64,000 nt of DNA, taken from assembly GCA_004431415.1 (NCBI GenBank), contig QPMI01000175.1:1-64000 (forward strand), given 5' to 3'. The notes beneath the pieces were generated by a model. The model saw nothing but the letters and a program-made list of their open reading frames with translations, was not told where the DNA came from and did not search any database. How positions within the stretch are numbered: position 1 is the first letter of the stretch; every line of letters starts with the position of its first letter. Below are positions 58,501-64,000 of this stretch, piece after piece. The stretch is from Cyanophora paradoxa CCMP329. Lineage: Eukaryota > Plantae > Glaucophyta. Made by a program: the position numbers and the translations under genes.

Positions 58501-60873
58501 CCTTTGCTGGCCGCGCGGATATGATGTGACCTACCAGATCTAGAGGGCTCTGCGATCGAACCAGAGCGCGGCATTCCATCGTCACCCCCTCCGAATGCTG
58601 CGACACGCGAAGACCATATGAGCAATGAGAAACCAACAACGCGCGGAAGGGTGCCTGGTCGGCGAGGAACGCGGCGAGGGCGCCGCGCTCCTCCTCCGCA
58701 ATGTACGCCATCACCGAAGGCCGCGACGCGAGCTCCGCCTCCACGACCTCTGCGACAGCAGAAGGCCAATTCAATGTGGGAGGAGGCCAATTGAATGTGG
58801 GAGTGCGGTATGTAATAATTATAATAAGTTACCACTGCTGCATGATGATGCCGAGTAGAACAGCCGCCGGGCTTCGAATTCGCGTTTGCGCGTCGCGGAA
58901 AATTAATTCATAGCAGGAAATGGATGTTGGGGGATTTAGATCTGCGCACCCGACGCGTTCATGTGAAGAGTGGAGCCGGACTCCCCGAGGACGACGAGGG
59001 CGTCGGAGATCGTGCTGGTGACCTTGACGGCCTGCTGCAGCTTCTCCAGGGCCTCGCCGACCTACAAATTCGAAGCATCATGATCCATTGTGCATTGATA
59101 TTGATCACTAAAACATCGATCAAAATTCATACGCGGTCAAGCTCGGTGATGAGAGAGTGCACGCGGCCCGCGGAGGGCGCTGAATCCTCTGCAGCGGGAC
59201 GCGCCCCTGAGCCGGCTGTGCCTCGCCTCCCCCCTACGTGCACAGCAGCTGCAGATCTAGAGTCCAGAGTTGATGCGCCGGCGTCAGAGTCGCCGGACTC
59301 TAGATCCCGATCCCGATTCTCGGTAACGGACACCGGTACCGGCACCGCGGCCGGCGCCGTCGAAGTTGCAACCCCCGAGGAGTTCCGGCGACGCAGAACT
59401 CCGCTTTGAAGCGCGGAGCTCCGCGATTGGACGGCGGTCCGCGATTGCACGGCGGTCATGGCAGACGCGGGAACTGGAGGCCTTGACTGGACGTCGATGG
59501 CGACGTCTCGCTGTCTCGATCGGCTCCAAGTCGCACCAAACATCGCTCCCGCGCTTGGGTCGTGACGCGATCCGGAGCGCGGAACCGACGCGGGAGCGCT
59601 TGCGAGCGGGCTCTTCACGTCCAGCGAGAAGAAGGAGAGGCGGTCCAGCTCCCGCTGGAAAGAGCGCATCGTCCTCCCAACCTGCGATGCGCTTGCAGTT
59701 AAAATTAAATCACTTCAATTCGAGCTTAAACGTTGCAGTTAGTCGATCATGCCATTAATCAGCTGCAGCCTGTCCGACGCAAAGCGCATGCACCTCGAAG
59801 ACGAGAAATCCACCAAGGAACAGCACGAAAGCGCCAGAAACGGTCGCCACGATCGTTATTGCTATTTTCGACTCCTCGGCGTGTTCGTTCAAATCTGTCG
59901 CACAGACGAGTTACAGGCTTGCAATCGGTACCGGTCTAGGACGTTAGCGCCCGGAGAACCTGCAAATTAAAAGCACTCATATACATGATCACCTTGGCTC
60001 GGAACGGCGACGCCGAGGAGCAGATGCAGAGACTCGTCCGGCGGGTCCCCGGGCTCGCCAATGAGCTTCCGCCAGCGGACGTCGTAGCGCTCGCCGTTGA
60101 GCTTGAACGTCGCCGCTTCCATGAAGCCCCTGCCCGCATGGATGCTGGCATCCACAGTGGATCGATTCGGGCTTGGAAGATTCATCTGCGTGATGTCTCC
60201 CGGCAGCGTTGCCAGGAGCGCCTGCTCGCAAATTAAACAGCGGCACCGGTACCGCGGCTACACATGCATTGAATTCGAATTCGAAGCTATAGCTATATAT
60301 ATGCATATGTACATGTAGCGGGTATTCTAAAGAGCACCTTCAGCTCGGGGTCTTGGATCTCTTCGGTGGGGACGAAGTCCACCTCGTTGCCCTGGGTAGG
60401 AACCAGCGGCACGCTCCGCATGAGCACTTCCGGCCGCTGCGGACGCGGGAGATTACACGCGGGCCGGGGAGCGGCGCGCGGTGAGGATCCGGAGCGCCGC
60501 TTTCAGATGTCGCGCGTGCACGGCGGGGCTTGAACTAAATTAGCTATAGCCAGCGGCCAGCGGTTACTAAATTAGGGCTTGAATTAGAGCCAGCGGCGCT
60601 AGCTATAGCTATAGCTGACGTATGAGAGCCAACGGCGCTAGCCGACGAGAATCGCACCCTCCAGGCCACTGCGCGTGCAGTCCCGTTTTGATCGTTTCCC
60701 ACTAGCACGGTGAATCCTGGAGCGAACAGCGTGATCGTGAACTCGAGCTCGAGCTCGTTTAATTTAATTTGAATTTTCAAATTTGCGTCACCCGCGGGCG
60801 CACCATTCTTCCCGACCCGAAGCGCATTGAAATATTCGCGAATCCCACGATAGGTCATCGTCATCTTCGCCAT
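52580..60873 (-). CDS. Hybrid sensor histidine kinase (PAS-HisKA-HATPase-REC), many exons; start approximate
   Basis: PAS: [30 protein letters not shown] and [10 protein letters not shown]-box: [11 protein letters not shown]|[13 protein letters not shown]-box: [15 protein letters not shown]|FT. G1: VTDTGPGI. G2: GGTGM|[26 protein letters not shown]. Receiver: VVDD, VLMDLE|[24 protein letters not shown]|P. Confidence 0.9.
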
Positions 60874-61956
60874 GAATATTAATTGTTGTGCATTCGATTT
60901 GAGATGTTACGCATGCAGGATGGCAGAGACTGCAATTACAACTCTAGCTTCGCCCCGCACTTGCAAAAAATTGCGCGCGCGCACCACACCGCGGATCCGA
61001 CTGGATGGCGGCTGTGCCTCTATCCGCCGAGGCAACACGTCGGGCAGAAGGGTGGAGTTCAAGATTCCGCGAAGCTCCGACACTCGTTTCGCGGTGGCGC
61101 TCTCCGCGTAAAGTGGCGTCACGTACGGAAAGCCTGTTTCATCCAGCCCGGCTGCGAACTAGAGAGCGATATCCACTGAAATCTACGACGATTCTAATAG
61201 AAACAAGCAGGGGGGCAAGCCCCCCCGCACCCCCCCATTAACTGATGATCGATATCATGACCGTCGGACATAGCTATAGCGATCGCACGCGAATTCGAAA
61301 GAAACTTACACGCAGAAATGAATTTTTTCGGAGGAGGGCCTTGTGGGCCTGCGCACGCGAATTCGAAAGAAACTTACACGCAGAAATGAATTTTTTCGAT
61401 CTGCAGCTGCAGCTGAACTTCAATCCAATCGAGAAACGCGCAGCGTTGACGTCAGCGCCATACGCGTCGCGTCGGCCGCGCCGACCTCGATCTAGACTCT
61501 CAGATCTTGAGCTTCGGAAGCGGAGCTTCGGAAGATCTAGCTATAGATCGGAACTGTTACAATTAGCTATTATATATTTCGAATCTTGCGCAGTTTGCCA
61601 GAACGACGGACGTTTTCAGGAGAAAAGAATTCGAATAATCTTCAAATATATACGGTCGCGGCCGCCGGGCACTTCACGATCCGGAGCGGGTGCTCATAAG
61701 CAGCGGCTTCGACAAAATCAGGATCACTGCTTTCGCGATCGCAATCGCTGCGTTGACTTCGAATTCGAATTCACCTGCTGATGCGCCGCAGTGCTCCGTC
61801 TGCACAAGCTTAAGCATGCGCAGCAGCGCTAGCTACATGCGCAGCAGCACTAGTATGTACGCGGTTGCTAAGCGCAACTGCAGCAACGACAGCTGCTGCT
61901 GCTGCTCATGAATCATGATCAGCGGGCCTGCAGCTAGACTGCAGTGCACGGTGTGT

Positions 61957-62075
61957 TTCGGTTACTTTCCGTTACTTTTCGCTATCCGCCACTTAAGCTG
62001 TCCGTTACTTTCCGGAAACGTCCGTTATAATTATCCGCCACTTTCCGTTACTTCCGTTATCTGCCACTTTCCATG
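61957..62075 (+). repeat. Cluster of ~10-bp degenerate repeats (CCGTTACTTT / TCCGCCACTT)
   Basis: About 8 interleaved copies in 120 bp. Confidence 0.6.
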
Positions 62076-64000
62076 CACGCCACTGGCCAGCTTAAACTGC
62101 TGGGAAAAACTCGACTCACGCGACAGTCGCGCGGCTCGCGCCACGCCGTGACGTCGACGGCGCCGCGTGGCGGCGGCCACGGCCAGCGCGCGCCGCAGCG
62201 CGCCGCTGCGCGCGCGGCGCTACCGGTACCCGCGGGCCGCGGTGACACACTGTGACACGTCAACCTGAGTGAAGGAAAATCCGGTACGTCCGATCGGATC
62301 GAACCGGTAGTACTACGGTAGTAGTCTGGTACTGGCGAAGGCCGAGGGGTACCGGACCGTCGATCGGATCGATTCGATTTTAATTTGTTTTATAGAAGTT
62401 GCCCGACAGTTCACTGAAAGAGTCCTAGTCAAAGTCGACGTCGTGGCCCGGGCTCGCGCCGCGGCGATTGCGACGTCGCGATCGGCTCATGCAATTTGCG
62501 AGCACGTGCACGTAGTACCACCGTACTACCACGTACTACGGTACCGTAGTACTACGATCGCGTCCGCACGCATTTGGCGCGCACTACGACTGCGAATCCA
62601 TGTGGCATGCATTAAATTTCTCAGAGTCTTTAAAACCCAAACTGGAACCGGTTTTCGATCGATCGATTTCGATCCGCGCGCGGCTGGGCAAAATTAAAAT
62701 TGCGGTTTTTAATTAAATTAACGTGCTGACATTTTGAGTTTAGTTTCACTTGGGGTAATGTGTCTGGCGTTATCGCAGCAGATTTTCGAGAATAAGCGCG
62801 GTACCTAATTGTAAATCTGAAGTCAAAATTTAATATTTAATTTGTGATTCTGATGTAATTTACGTTATGCCACACTGTGTTCTCATATGCGTTGACACAA
62901 CCCTAAGGTAAGTTTTCTGACCTCAATCAAACTACCGAGGATTTTTGGCTCGGCCGTCCCGTGAAGACTGAGTTTTTTTACGGGTGTCCGCATGCGTCAT
63001 AAGTAATAAGTTATAACTTAGTATCGTAGAGTGTAAAAGCGCACCGGGAACACGGGCGACCACTCCTGAAGTACAATTTAAGTTTTAGCGCGACAGATAT
63101 AGATTTATTCTTTTACTTACGGGTTCTCTAGCTTTCAGTGCGGCAACGTAGGAAGGTCTGACGCGCTGATCCAGCGTGGAATTGTACGTTATTGAGAAGT
63201 GCACAAAACTCCCGTTTCGGTCGATGCACGAAGCGTACTGATCTACGATCTACCCAAGCAACCCTTGTTCATCAAGAGAAAAATGCGGCAAAGTGGGAAA
63301 GTCTACCTCCTGCCCAGGGTATGACGAGTTCAGGCGCCAGAAGATTACTGTAATTGGGACAGCCGCTTCAGGATGCCTATCGATATCTGTCGTCAGAATT
63401 TGCAGCGCTAGCGGGCCAGGACGAAAGCATTTCATGATCAGCTAATTATATAATTATAAGGCCGCACAGTTGCATAAAAGAAGGGTCTCGTTCCCTCTTA
63501 ATAACCAGGTTCTCGCGATTGGGGAGCGCTGCCGAGATTGCACATGTGGTCATGATCAAAAATACTGGTACTGGCGAATTAAACTGAAGATTTGGGTGGC
63601 GGCCGATTGCATTTCGAATTCGCACCGAACTGATCCGATACTGCAATCAGAAAAAGTGCAATGGATCGCTGCTGGCGATCGCGTATAGGCACCGAGACGA
63701 ACTGGAGCTCATTTCCCCCGCCGCCGGCCAGGACCGCCAACAAGTCTCCGGCGAGCGCTGGGAAATCAGAGGAGGTGAACTCTCTGCATGCACGGTACAA
63801 GGCCGTGTCGGATCGAGGCTGCGATATCGATGTATCTGACACGATCAAACTTCGCACCGATCGCCCAGATTGCGGACAATTCTTGCAGCGAGGCGAATAG
63901 ATGTTCGTTCAGAGATGTTCCGAAGACTCCAAAAGTACTGCGCATGAGCCCGGATCATATGCATGATATCGATCTTAATGAGCGCTCCCATTCCAGAGCT

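Noticed and set aside
1-64000. Most long Arg/Pro/Gly/Ala-rich ORFs in the six-frame track, and a prokaryotic origin for the window
   Set aside because: Very high GC suppresses stop codons on all frames, and these ORFs overlap spliced genes or repeats. Spliceosomal introns, histone H3 and HEATR3 show that the DNA is eukaryotic.

Overview
GC-rich eukaryotic nuclear DNA in two distinct compartments. (1) About 1-22.9 kb is an intron-poor, repeat-rich, partly decayed island that looks like an integrated virus or giant mobile element. It carries an intact circovirus-like CRESS Rep (HUH endonuclease + SF3 helicase) with no capsid gene in the window, an SLX1-like GIY-YIG protein, one full-length and two short TFIIB-like genes, a stand-alone D5-type SF3 helicase, a RING-like protein and a SKP1/BTB-like gene. 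It also holds three copies of a 1.2-2.2 kb module in which two arrays of the same 30-bp core (34 copies in total) face each other across a conserved spacer containing the CRESS nonanucleotide NANTATTAC. Two modules form a ~1.4-kb inverted repeat around a 3-kb segment, and the third sits at the island/host border. (2) About 23.2-61 kb is ordinary intron-dense host gene space with many 50-100 nt introns and frequent GC donors. It contains a CenH3-type histone with an almost canonical H3 tail, an ABC1/UbiB kinase, HEATR3/Syo1, a class I SAM methyltransferase, a candidate GR-like/DUF3537 7TM channel, a PAS hybrid histidine kinase, several unknown proteins and two candidate structured ncRNA loci. 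The style resembles a GC-rich, intron-dense alga or protist such as a glaucophyte, but the organism cannot be confirmed from the sequence. Exon boundaries were read by eye and are approximate where stated.
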